This document shows positions 39,301 through 51,153 of a stretch of DNA of 64,000 bases, in pieces. The stretch spans positions 176,824,001 through 176,888,000 of the forward strand of contig OZ038378.1 in NCBI GenBank assembly GCA_964036045.1, given 5' to 3'. Made by a program: the position numbers and the translations under genes. Within the stretch, counting starts at the first letter, position 1; each line of letters opens with the position of its first letter. The notes under the pieces were generated by a model. The model was not told the origin of the DNA and searched no databases. It worked only from the letters and a program-made list of their open reading frames with translations. Source of the DNA: Eutreptiella sp. 'Long Island Sound 2002' (Eukaryota > Protista > Euglenida).

Positions 39301-40088
39301 TCGTCTGCGCGTGTGCGTGCGTGTGCACGTGGGTATGGAGGGGGTAGATTCCTCCCTCGCCTTTGTTGTTTGTTCTGCTCTGCACTGCAGCCAGAGCCAC
39401 GTCGGTCTGGTCAATGTGTACACTTCTATATATATGCCGGTCAAGACCTGTAGGGTCTGGGGCAAACTTAAGAAATATGCCCCTGCCAGTTGACATGGTG
39501 ATATCCGCCCCCATGGGGTCCCTGCGCTTGCAGACGATGGCGACTACGATGCACCCAGCAATCAAGCAGTACTTGTTTGTGCGGTAACCAATGCGCGCGG
39601 CTGTAGTAGATTGCGTGGACAATGTGCCGACCTAGCGGCCGGCACATTGTCCGCACATGTTGCCTCAAGAAACCATTTGTTCTGGAGTATCTGCAATGTA
39701 TTGGACTGTCAAATTGAGCCCTTTTCACAAGGAATTGTGGTTTTTCAGGCGGCCTCGACTGGCTCGCGCGCGCCATGGCACAGTGCGCTGGCAATGCGCC
39801 CGAACATTGCAGCCTTGGTATATTTCAGGGGGCAAAACATACCAATTAAAGCATTTTGCGGGGTGTCAGCGCAGCTTAGGTATCCCCGATAGAGAGCAAC
39901 AGGGACACAGAGGGGCGGGGGGGCAGAGAGATTTGGCAAGCAAGATATACATATGGCGTCTTCAGCAGTGGATCCACAAGGGTGAAGGGTCACAGGCTGG
40001 AGGTGAGTGGGGTGTGGGCGGATCCCCTGTTATTTGGGTGAGGAGCTCCAAAAAACGAAAATGGTTGGAAGGACAGGGGATGGCTTTG

Positions 40089-41261
40089 ATGTATCAAGCC
40101 GCATGAAGGGTTTGCAAGGGCAAAAAATCGGGTGTGGCATCATTGCCAACAGAATCCGAACAAGAGTAACAACAATGGCCCCTTGCTTGGGTAACCATGG
40201 CCAAATTGCATCCCCAAACACCAGTTTGCTGTTCTCTTCAATGCCCAATGGCCATTTGTTGATGTTGCTGCTGCTGCCGCACGTGCTGCCCTGCTGCTGC
40301 GCTTGCTGTCTGCTTGCATGCTGCTGCTGCTGTTGTCGGTCAGGGTTGGCTGGCGATTGCATGCGTTCTGGGGGCACCATGATTTTGTACCGCAGCATTA
40401 GTTGCAGTTGGAGGCTGACATGTGGCGGTCAAAGGCTGTGGTTGTTGGTTTGGTAGGCGCGGTGTTGGAGCGCAACTGTTGTAGTCAAAGGCTGATTGGA
40501 GGAGGCGAGGGTCGGTGCATGCCTACACTTTAGACACTGTTGGGGGGCGTACCGTGCGCTGTGCGAAAAGTTGGCTGTTCTCCACCACCGGGAGTTCGGT
40601 AAGTTCAGAATAATGAAAGGAGGTCATTGAATGGCTGCTGCAGTGGACGGGGCTATAGGGGGCAGAACTTAGGTCCCTGGGACCCATGGCAAGCATCAGA
40701 TGTTTGAATTTTTGAGTTTTGAATTGATTGTGCATGATTCCGCAGGTGGGTGGTTTTCAGGGTTGTTACCTGGATAATCACCGTAATAATTGGCGCTGTG
40801 CGCGCGCTGTGCGAAAACGCCCCCTTGTGGAGCGCACGAGTGGAGCCTCAGGATGCAGTTTAGTTTCGTCCACCTCAGGGCCAATGTAATTGGACATAAA
40901 AGGTGGTTTCAGGCGACCGCGCCTTTTGAAGGGCCACCCTTTTGTGGCCTTTCACATCGTCTTGAGGAGAATTGCCCTGAAATGCATTCTGCATCAGGCA
41001 GAAGTAGGAGGGTTTGGAGTCCAGATATGACGTTGTTGGCTAACCGACGGTGATTGGGCGGCCAACCCACTGGGTGCTGTTTTACCACAAGAGATAGAAA
41101 TTCCGGGAGTCCACAAACAGAACGGCGGTCTGAGTAAGGCATCACAGCCAGACATGACCGTGGGGTACAAGGGGCAGGTGGGGTGCATACCAGTAGCCCT
41201 GGTCATACACTGTCTAGTGTCAATACGAAAGTGGGCTGGTGTGGGAACGAAATCAGGACAC
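40089..41261 (+). repeat. Copy 2 of the 1.17-kb duplication (no flanking direct repeat)
   Basis: Same sequence as 35163-36334. Duplicated ORFs appear in the track (e.g. 35177/40007, 35597/40523). Confidence 0.9.
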
Positions 41262-42914
41262 AAAATTCTGAGATCACCACAATGGCAGATTTTTAGCTCC
41301 TGCATGATTTCTACCATGGTCTCTGGTCGTAGGTGCTGAGGGAGAAAACGCAAGATTCAAAACCACAATCTTGGGACTTTGGTAATTGTGAGCAGCCCCC
41401 CAGTTTTTTCATCAAGCCTGAGCGTCCCCTCTTCCTATTTGCAGTAGGTGACTTACCCCCTTCTTGGTTTGTGGGTGATTAATGCAGGTCTTGAAGAGCT
41501 TGGGCTGCCCCACTCCGACTGTTGCTTTCAGTTTGTGCATTAGGCTGTCAATAGTTGTCCAATAATTGGTGAGATTTGTCATCCTCCCGACCACCAAACA
41601 CAAAGGGAGATTGCGGAGAGGTTCATGGACCCCGGAGCTTGAGTGCAGAGCTGTGGCTGGCCCGGGGGGGGGGGGATTTTCTGCAAGATGTTCGTTGGTT
41701 ACTGTGCAGTACAACCGGTGTCCTCTGCCATGAGGGAGTGTAAGCGCGTCGGGCATCTTTTTGGGCCCATTCCCAACCCATGACCATTTTTGACTCCCTT
41801 CCCGCTTTGCCTCATCCCGTATCCACACGAAACAATCCATCCAATTTGTTGCATTTCATGCAATTTTGCATTCGCAGGCAGGTCCGTCACCCTCCTTATA
41901 GACCATGGGACCATGTCCATCCTCATGTTTGGACTGATAAAAGGAACTAAGACATTCGTGAGGGGATGTTCCACGAAAGTTGGCGGGGCTACTGTGCAGT
42001 ATGTTGGGATCCACTGTGGCAGTGTGGGCAGTTAGTCCTCTCCATTTTGGAGACCCCAAGGCAGCAGGGGTACCAAAGCTATAGTAGGGTGCTGAACAAT
42101 TAAGGTCGGGTGGGTTGATTGGCACTTGTGGGTGAGAGTGGAACGGCTGTCCCACTCAGAACTGGTGCACAATGCTTCCGTGGCATCCACTTCTCGTTTC
42201 TTGTTTACCCTTCGCACCATTGGACCAGACCATCTCCCTAGCATGCTTTGTCTAGGACTGCATGGCTGTGCTTCGCATGTACGTATGTACTCCTTGAAAT
42301 TGCAGCTGCCGTCTTTGGGCAAGACAATGTATCAGAACCCCCCCCAAAGTTTGTGCTATGGAACAGACTGAATGTGAAGACTGATGCCAGCCAAGTTGTG
42401 TTGGGAATGCCGCAATCCATTGGCTGCGAGCTGTCTGCTTCAGTGCTCAGGCAGACTCCTACTACTGGAAGGGCTCGGAAGGTTCTTGAAAATTTTTCAA
42501 TCCGGGTCACTCCATATGGGAGCTTTCATGCGGTACAATTCAACAAGTGTGGATCAGAGTGGAGGGTGCTCTTATCATTGATGAATCGCAATTTAGGGCC
42601 AAGCAGTTTGAAATCACCAAGTATAACACATCAGTGGTGTGCCATGTTAACAGGCAGTTTGTCCATGGTGTTGCTAGTTGGCTGTACTCCCTGCACTAGA
42701 GGCCAAGTATTCTGTGCTCCGGCTCCAAGGTTCACCGACCCGAGAGCCGACCCTGGAGCCCTAGTCGGAGCTGTGGTTGGCGCGCGGGGGGGGAGGGTTG
42801 TCTGAATCCTTGGCTGACCCATGCGTGCATTGCATCCTGGCGAAGAATGGCTGAGGGCGCTGTGAGTCGACGGAATTTCCCCCGTGCAACCGATTTGGAG
42901 CCCGGTGTCTTGCT

Positions 42915-42946
42915 TACGCCCCCGTCTGCCCCCTACTCTTGTTCAG
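42915..42946 (+). promoter_or_regulatory. Probable spliced-leader trans-splice acceptor
   Basis: Pyrimidine-rich tract ending ttgttcAG, 10 nt before the ATG at 42957. SL trans-splicing is established in Euglenozoa; use of this site is inferred. Confidence 0.5.
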
Positions 42947-42956
42947 CGACCACACT

Positions 42957-43604
42957 ATGTCACGCGTGTCATGCTGTGACACGCGCACCTCCCACCAGCG
43001 TGTGGCCTTCATCGTGGCGGTCGCCTTCTTCCTCCTGGGTGTTGCCCTCGGCTTCGCCCTTCATTCCCCTGGGCACAACCCACAACTCTACCTCCAGAAG
43101 CCCGTGGTGACCCAATTGGGAGGGCCCCGTCCCCTACCCTCCACCGTTCCACTCCGCGGTGCCGTTGTTGCAGGGCCCCGGTGGGGCCGGCCTCCCATCG
43201 GAGGTCGCGCTTCTTTGACGGCAGTTCGCGACTCCCGCAATGCCGGGCCGTCGAGCGTCGTGCAGCCGGACGAGCGGCCGTGGGCTGCCTTCGGCCACTC
43301 GCAGCCACAAGACATCCCGCCCCAAGTCCGGCCCATCTTGACGTGGACGTGGGGCCTGTGGGGGTCTTGTGTGGCTGCCTGCCTTGGGGCGATGGCCCTA
43401 TGTACTGTCAAAAGGGCACGCCACACCTCATGGGCCATGAGCGGGGCCATGGGCGAGTTCAGGCATCGTCTGTCTGTCGTCAAAAAGGTCAAGAAGATCA
43501 CGGACGCCATGGAGCTCGTGTCTGCGTCGCGGCTGCGGCGCGCTCAGGAAGTCGTCACCCGCTCTCGGCCGTTCGCAGAGGCCCTACATGAAGTCTTTGG
43601 CGAA
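42957..43604 (+). CDS. atpC: Plastid ATP synthase CF1 gamma subunit (divergent), exon 1 with euglenid class I targeting presequence
   Basis: TM1 VAFIVAVAFFLLGVALGFAL, transit-like region, TM2 ILTWTWGLWGSCVAACLGAMALCTV followed by KRARH. Then gamma N-helix EFRHRLSVVKKVKKITDAMELVSASRLRRAQEVVTRSRPFAEAL. Donor GTGTGT at 43605. Confidence 0.88.
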
Positions 43605-43629
43605 GTGTGTTGCTCCCCCCCCACTTCGA

Positions 43630-43704
43630 CGGGACAGGGCAGCTCAGTGGTAGAGCAAGTGGCCGATGAGCAACAGGTCCCTCGTTCGATTCCCGGTACC
43701 GCTG
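43630..43704 (+). mobile_element. Degenerate tRNA-like sequence (SINE head or tRNA pseudogene) in atpC intron 1
   Basis: A-box AGCTCAGTGGTAGAGCA and B-box GTTCGATTCC at tRNA spacing. Acceptor, anticodon and T stems do not pair, so it is not a functional tRNA. Confidence 0.5.
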
Positions 43705-44965
43705 AACCTCCGGCATGGCAGGCCACAAACCCCTGAGGCCAGACAGGAGACCGGGATCCCTCCGCCCCCCCCCCCTCCCCACAGCAGCGGAGGCCACCCC
43801 CGCATGTCCATGTACAAGGACTGAGTCGGGGGAGCGGATGTCCGCTGTGCCCAATGGAATACACAGGGAGGGAGCAGCTTCATGTGGCCGATGGCACTTG
43901 ATGTGGCCGATGGCAGGGTTTATTCATCCCCTCCTCACTCTTGCACTGAGACACTGCAAGGGTTACGTAGCCACCCCCCCCCCCCCCCCCATCCACGAGC
44001 TCCTCAAAAGGGGAACACGTATGTACACCCAGAAGTACCAACCAGTGTACTCTTTCGGCCTCTATCGCACCCGCACCCCCCACCCCCCACCCCATCCCGC
44101 TCTGGGGACCCGATGCAGTGGGCGTTGTGGAGCCATTAACCATCTCCCTGCTTTGGGGACCTTGATGTGGCCGTTCTTGTGTAGCCGTGTTTCCACTCCC
44201 CATTGGGGAAGCTGGTACGGCAGGGGTTATGTCCCCCTTCTTCTTATTGCTGACCATGATATTGCAGAGGTTATGTTGCCATGTCTCATTGCTCAGGGGC
44301 AGGCTATTGCTTAAGGAGAACAGGTCAGAGGCCCAAAAAAAGTGTGTGCGTAAACCCGGCCTCAAAATTCCGGCCCATATGAGAAACTTCATTTTTTGCC
44401 TGGGGAAAATTTTTCTGATGTGGGTGGGTGGGTGGGTGGGTCGGCCGGGGCTGGCCAGGGCCCCAAACAACCCCCCCCCCCCTAGGGGGGGGGTTCCTAA
44501 GCAATAGTCTGCTCGGGGGACCTCAGTACCGCAGGGGTGATACAGCCATGTTTTGCCTGCGCCATGGGCAGCCTGATATGGCAGGGGGCATGAAGCCACC
44601 AATTTGGTGCCTGCTGCTATTCAGTGGTTGGGTAGTTTTCAGGTCAAGTCAAACTCTAGACTGGAGACGCCAACTGGGCAGTGATGCTGCAGAATGGTGC
44701 GCAGTGGGGCTAACACATCACTCTGGCCCACAAAACCTTTCCTGGTCCCAGTCCCCCAGACCCACATGATCAACGGGGCTGACACAAAGACATAGCACTG
44801 GCCACTGGGTGTACTACGAGGGCACCCAGCACCCTTTAGGCGCCACCGCTGTCTCGGTCCATTGCTGGGGCTCACTGCACATTGGCTTACTTCCTCATGG
44901 TGCACCCCGCACCCTCCAACCCCCGGTCTCCGCCCTCCCCTCTCACCTCTTGCCTTTGCGTTCAG

Positions 44966-45237
44966 GTGGTCCGCCGCACGTCCGCCATCGATATGGAGAA
45001 GTCGCCGCTGCAGGGCCACAGACGCGACGTGCGCAAGGTCACCCTGGTCATCATCGGGGGGGACCGCGGCCTGTGTGGCAGCTTCAACGCGCAGGTCATC
45101 AAGAGGGCAACCATCCGCTTCCAGGAGCTGCGTGCGGCCGGCCTCGATGTGAACTGCGTCGTCATCGGCAACCGCGTGGCCAGTTGGTTCGCGCGCCGCC
45201 CCGAGAAGTACCCGATGCTGGCGAGTTACGAGTGTGG
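44966..45237 (+). CDS. atpC: ATP synthase gamma, exon 2
   Basis: ttgcgttcAG acceptor. Reads VRKVTLVIIGGDRGLCGSFNAQVIK (DRGLCG motif). Phase-2 donor GTACGC at 45238, with an alternative at 45232. Confidence 0.88.
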
Positions 45238-45584
45238 GTACGCCCCCGCACCTCTGTCCAGGACCTGTCTGAGAACAGGGGGTTGTGTCTGTTCTTGCCC
45301 CCCCCCCCCCCCGCCAATGCTGGGCCATCAACCGCCGGCGGTTACAGGCCACACCGTGTCAGCCGCCAGCCGCCGCCAACTGCGCGCTGGCGGCCGCCGA
45401 CACTAGTGGTCCGGTGCGTTGCATACAGTGCCAGACGGCCATGCCCCCCCCCCCCCCGTGTGTAGCAATGTCATTGGGAGCGAAGACTCTAATGGGACTG
45501 AGCATCTACGGTTCGAGAACGCTATTGCCCTGCTGTAGACCCGCTCTATGCTGTTGAATGTGTTTGCGCCCCCCCCCCCCGTGT

Positions 45585-45618
<34 letters not shown>

Positions 45619-46352
45619 TCTATCTATGAAAAGATGTGTTGTTGCTTCCACCGTGGGAAAATGGCTCAAGAAACACGCATGTTTGTGTGATCAGTTGTAC
45701 TCTTCGTGGATAGTGCCCCCCGAACTGACCGTGGACGGCATATGTGGGGCATGGAATTCAGATTTCGAAACTGTGAGTGCACTGGTCCAAGAGTGCACAA
45801 CCCGGGACTGCCGATACAAATGAATCTGGCAGTGCAATGTGCATGTGTGTGATACACCAATCATGGTGTATTGTGATGTCTGTTTTACCGTATTTGCCAC
45901 TTCCCCTCCCCATATTTTCTCAATTTTTTTTGTTGATCTGACGTTACCACTCGGAAGGGCGGTGGATGGGTAGAGGTGCACAACAATGGGACCGTAGGAA
46001 CCCGAACGCCATCACTGAGAGTGGTGTGACCTGATGTGATCACACGTGCGTGTGGCATAGTGCAGACATGGCCTGGTCCGCGCAGTGCCGCCAGGTCCAG
46101 TTTGCGTTCCTACAGAGTTGCCATTAATGGACCCAAAACAGATGAGTTTGTGCTGTCAACATGGCAGTGCAGTGCCTCATTTCTTCTTCAGGACTCCGGG
46201 AGTGCGGGACTACTGCTGTGTGCCTGCTTCCTGCAGAAAGGCCCTTATTGGTGTTGAGCATGCTTTGTCTTGTTTGATGACCAACTGACGAGGAAATTGA
46301 CATCCGGACTTAGCGTTGTGCTCCTCTGTTTGTTGACAACCGTGTGTGTGTG

Positions 46353-46420
<68 letters not shown>

Positions 46421-47204
46421 ACAAGGACTGCGTGAGTATGCTGGTTGGTACCTCCGCGTGTATGTACGTGTTCGCCTTTTGAGGAGGGAATCCTCCATGC
46501 GTGGATGGGGGGGTGGGTTGTCCACCCATTGGGTTGGGGGTGAAGGGGGCGTCTCTGGGGGCCATTTCTCGGCGGATTGCCGGAGGACGGAGGGGACGGG
46601 GCAGGACCGGGAAGGCGGCCGGGACAGAGGGGGTGGGCAGGCGAGGAAGACCCGGCACTTCCGGAGGTGGGTCCGGGTGCGGCCCGGAAGAGCTACTGGG
46701 GGCCTGACTAAGAAATGATCATAGGGGCTTGACTGCGGTAGGACAGAGGACAGGGACGAGGGCAAAGTGCATTGGGCGTCGGAGACGATGGAGGGGAGAG
46801 CGATGGGTGGTGATTCAGGCCCAGGATACGACACAGTGCCCCACAAGGGGGCAAAGGCATTGCATGGCACAAGGGCAGGGCATGGTGTAGGGGGCCACGT
46901 GGGGGGGATTCGCAGAAAAGTTTTTGTACCCCCCTCCCCCCCCTGGGGGTACCGCCTGGAAAAAAAAAGGTACTGCACTTGTTAGGAAATTTTTTTCGCA
47001 GCAGAACCCAGGGAAGTGCCCGACCATCGACGCCAAAGGCACCATAAGAAAAATTTCATTGATGCGGCAGAGGGTGAAAAAATGGTTTTTCACCCCATGT
47101 GTCTATACTCAAATTACTCAGACTTTTCAGGAGAATCCAATATTGGATGAAAAACATATTGGACCAAATATCAATACCATCCCTGAGCAGAGGGTTGTCA
47201 TAGT

Positions 47205-47278
47205 TGGCTTGTACCTTAGTGGAAAAGCAGTGGCGCTACATTTGCAACATCGTGGGTTCAAATCGTGCTGTGGGCAAT
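47205..47278 (+). mobile_element. Second, more decayed tRNA-like sequence in atpC intron 2
   Basis: TACCTTAGTGGAAAAGCA (A-box-like) followed by GGTTCAAATC (B-box-like). Confidence 0.3.
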
Positions 47279-49692
47279 GTGTAGGGAGGAACTCCAACAT
47301 GGGTTGGGACACAAAGGCAAACTGTTTCCCCCCATTTTTTCTGCTGTACGGTGCTTTGATTTTATCCCCTTTTTGGGGGACCCCCGAGAACGCAGGGGTT
47401 ACGTAGCAATTCAGCCCACTTTTGGGCCCCCGAGAGAGCAGGGGTTATGCAACCACAGAGAGGGGCATCCTGAAAAAAGGCATGGTTCAGCCCGGATGGG
47501 GCGCCACTGGCAAGGTGCCTTTAAACACAAATACCACCCATGTCGGCTAAAATATCAATGGAGACATCCTATTTGCACCTTCCAAATTCAAAGGAGTGGG
47601 ATAGATTTCAAGAAATCTCAGTTTTTTGGGCCCGGAAAAATTTTTGCTTAAAATTTTTTTGTACCCCCCTCTCCCGGGGTACCCCCCGAAAAACAAAATG
47701 CCACAGTGGTACCAGGAATTTTTTTTCTACCGGCCCCCTGGGCATGGCAGGGGGGCACAAGATCACAGGCTGAGCGGCTCAGGGGCACACAACACAGACA
47801 CTGAGAGGCACAGACGCACGCGACGCACACAGGCCGAAGGGCACAGGGGCGCAGTGGCCGAGACCTTGGGGGGGGGGGGGGGGGGCACAGGGGCGCACGA
47901 GCACAGGGGCATAGGAAGATAGTGGGAATGTACCACCACTGCAGTGTTCCAGCTGCTGCGGTCACGCACGCTGTGCCTCTGTTTAGGGCTGAACATGCGT
48001 GTCTGGTGGCACGCAAGTCTTTAGTCTTGTGCCAGGGTGCAGTGTGTGGCATGATTTTGGTCCCGGGCCCTCAGGAGTTGTTGTGTTCCGCTTACGTGTT
48101 TGCAACGCTCTGTGGTCCAGGGCAGCACGCACCAGGGGAGGGGGAACAAAGGTTGGCGACCAGGAGGTGGGGTGGGGGGGGGGTCGTTGGAGCCCCCTGA
48201 AGGAGGGGGTGGGGTGGGGGGGGTCTGGGAAACGGGCTCGGGTGTCAGGGCAGTCGTTGCAACTGAAGGATTTGGGCGCCGAAGGTGCCAGAAGAAAAGT
48301 TTCTTTGAAAAAGGTTTCCCCAACACATGTACAGAAATGATCAGCGCGACGTGGGGATCATATATCCCTCCCCCCCCCACCCCAAAGAACCCGGAAGCCC
48401 ATGCCCCCTTTGGGTGGTCGGTGCGGTCCCCGTCGTCTGAGCCCTAAAGGATTGGGGCTGGGAGCTGAGAAAGGGGTTTCAATGACCCCCCTCCCCCCGC
48501 ACAAACCTTTTCTCCTCCACCCCCGTCTGTTGCAGGATTCATTCTGGTTCCAGCCAGTTGAGTGGGCTCAGCGGCGCACTCAGCACTCAGCGTTTGGGCC
48601 CCCAGTGACTTCAGTGTGCAGTGGATGTAGGGACAGATGATCTGGACTTTGTGCCTGGACACTGGGCATCAGGGAAGGGTGGGCTACCATGACGAGTCAA
48701 TCTGTGTCTGTGGCTTGCTGGACCAGGCTGCATGCGTCACGGCTGGAAGCGCATGAGGGCAGGCTGCAGGACGGCAGGTACTGCGACGAGTACGCTTTGT
48801 AGCCCTCGGGGGGGGGGGGTGCTGTATTGGGTGCGGCTCAGGTGATGATATGCTCCCTTGGCATGCCTTCAGTGTTGGGGCACATAGGCACGGGCACACA
48901 GAGAGGTATGGGGGCACAGGGGTATGGGGTACGGGGGCACAGACGTGCAGCTGGCACCCTTTTGCCCCAGTGCACAGAGGCTCAGGGGCGCGCAGGCGCA
49001 CTGGGGTGCCCCTGATGTCGGGAGAGGGATGGGGGGGGGTTCCCCTTGAGTTGCTCCTAGTGTGTGTGTGTGTGGTACCTGCAACCATCCTCTAGGTGGA
49101 ACAGGTGTGTGGGTACTTGTGTGGTGCTTGGGCAATGACACAAACCTTCTATCGCACACTATTTGTGATGCTTGTCAGTACACCAACCATTCTTCATGGC
49201 ATGGGGTTGTGTAGCCATGTTAATTTGTTCTGGGGTTATGTAGCCATATTTATTTCTCCCCGCACACAAAGAAATTTCCCACTTCGTCATGCTGTCAAGT
49301 GTGGCTGCAGGTGGTCAAGGATCTCTCGTAGACCTGTGGCCTGTTCTAATGCTCTCGCACCGGTTTCCTCTGACACTTCACACACCAAAACCCACGCAAC
49401 ACCTCCCTATCATCCGTCGGTCCATCTCCACAGGGCAGCAACCACAAAATCTGGGATAAGGAGGGCACAACTGTGCTGCCCCTGAGAAATGACGCCCAGC
49501 CCCTCCCTTCATGCTTGAAAACGACGTGCTCCCATGTGGATGAATTTGTTTACAATATCTCCCTGTTTGTGCACCGTTGTCCCCCCGTGAGGTGAGTTTT
49601 TGGGGGGGGGCACGGGGGGCTTGGTGGCCATGAAGGCAAAATAGCAATTCTGATGTGCACAGGTAGGGTAGGGTGCACATCATAAACAAGTT

Positions 49693-50641
49693 CCCATAGG
49701 GGGCGTTTTGCACGCTGCGCGCGCGCTGTGCACAAAGTTTGTACAAGAACATACCTAACCAACATAGCAGTGTTTAGTACCAATGACAATTAGCCTTGTT
49801 GTGCATTTATATGAGTTCCTTGCATGCCTAGCCCTCATTTCTGTTGCATTCGTGTGTGTTGTTGTGCATGTCACTCTGAAAGGGTACCCGATTCGGTGCT
49901 ATGGTGATACATTCGGGTACCGTGTTCGGGGGCCTCCATTACTCTGCTGTCTCTCAGTCCTTCATGTCCACATCCATGGAAAGGGACGGCTGCGTGCGGT
50001 CCCCTTCACCGCCACCCTCTCCTAGGCAGCCCACCCTTAGTCTCCTCGCATCACCAGAGGCTAAGCGGCGCAATCCCCCGCCATCGCGGCGACCGAATAC
50101 ACCGTCTACGTCGGTGTCATAGCCACAGTCGGCACGGTCCCCCTCCGCCTTGGGAGCGTTTCCCTTCTTCCATTTGGCGCGATGAGGAAGCACCTCCTTT
50201 GGAGCCCGACTCGGATGATACGTATTTATGCCAATTCTGTGCACACAAGGAGACTTTAGAGTGCTGCCAATGCCATCTGTTTTTGTGCAATAAATGCATG
50301 GATGATCACTCGTGTGACTTGCCAGATGATGAGCCGTAAATCTATTGTACTGTTTCTTACATTCCGACATTGAGAAAAACTGCGTATTTCGAATAATTTC
50401 ACTTCAGATGTGTTTATTGTGCATGTGCTTCTCATTCTGTTGTAAGGTGCCGTTGAGGATGCAATGTGGGGCCTTGGGTGGCTTGGGGAGGGGGGTTGAG
50501 GTGAAACATCAGATTGTGCAACATTGTGGTGCTCTAGAATGGTATATAAAGACAAAACTATTAGCATTAGTAACAAAAAACCCCAATTTCCCCCTGCAAT
50601 AGCCGCGCTGTGCGCGCGCTGTGCAGTAACGCCCCCATAGG
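49693..50641. mobile_element. MITE-like segment with imperfect terminal inverted repeats
   Basis: CCCATAGGGGGCGTTTTGCAC ... GTGCAGTAACGCCCCCATAGG. Subterminal GCGCTGTGCGCGCGCTGTGC also occurs near 35867 and 40793. No TSD confirmed. Confidence 0.4.
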
Positions 50642-50819
50642 TTCAGTAAAGACTGTCAAAAGCAGTTTGCAGCCAAAGCTGTGCACACCTGGCACACAGC
50701 AAACAAATCGTGCCATGCTAGGGAAGCCCGATGGACAGCATAGGTGCACAGACGCACCGGCGCACACGGGTGCATGGGCGCGGACGCTCAGCGGCTCCGG
50801 CTTCACCCTCCCGCCGCAG

Positions 50820-51153
50820 GCGTTTTGTGCGCCAAGCGCCAGAGGTTGTCGACCAATTCGTCACGTCGTATTTGTCTGGGAACACCGACGCCATTGAGGT
50901 CATGTATACGCGCTTCTTCTCGTTCTCGCGGAACACTGCAGCGACGCGGTCGCTACTGCCCTTCGAGCCCCACGAAGCCACACACGACATGGACGAGGTC
51001 TGGCACTTGCACTCCAAAGAAGGCAAGTTTGCCGTGACCACTCAGCCCGAGCCGGAGCACCACAGCCCCAAGTACGTGGACTACAATCTGGCGTTCGATC
51101 AGGAGCCGGAGGAAATCATGGATCAGATGATTCCCCTGTACCTGAATTCGCAG
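50820..51153 (+). CDS. atpC: ATP synthase gamma, exon 3
   Basis: ccgccgcAG acceptor, phase 2. Reads IEVMYTRFFSF...RSLLPFEPHEATHDMDEVWHLHSKEGKFAV...FDQEPEEIMDQMIPLYLNSQ. Donor GTGTGC at 51154. Confidence 0.88.

Noticed and set aside
35161-41261. LTR retrotransposon bounded by the two 1.17-kb repeats
   Set aside because: No TSD around the whole unit, no PBS/PPT, and no gag/pol in the 3.75-kb spacer.
39740-41960. HGT tripeptides (39775, 41905) as a PARP-like end of the kinase gene
   Set aside because: The surrounding residues and splice phases do not fit a PARP catalytic motif.
42248-42805. 185-aa ORF with signal-peptide-like start
   Set aside because: It starts at TTG and has no known domain. 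An LIIDE motif in another frame is isolated.
43630-43704. Functional tRNA (GAT anticodon)
   Set aside because: Acceptor, anticodon and T stems are mispaired; kept only as a tRNA-like relic.
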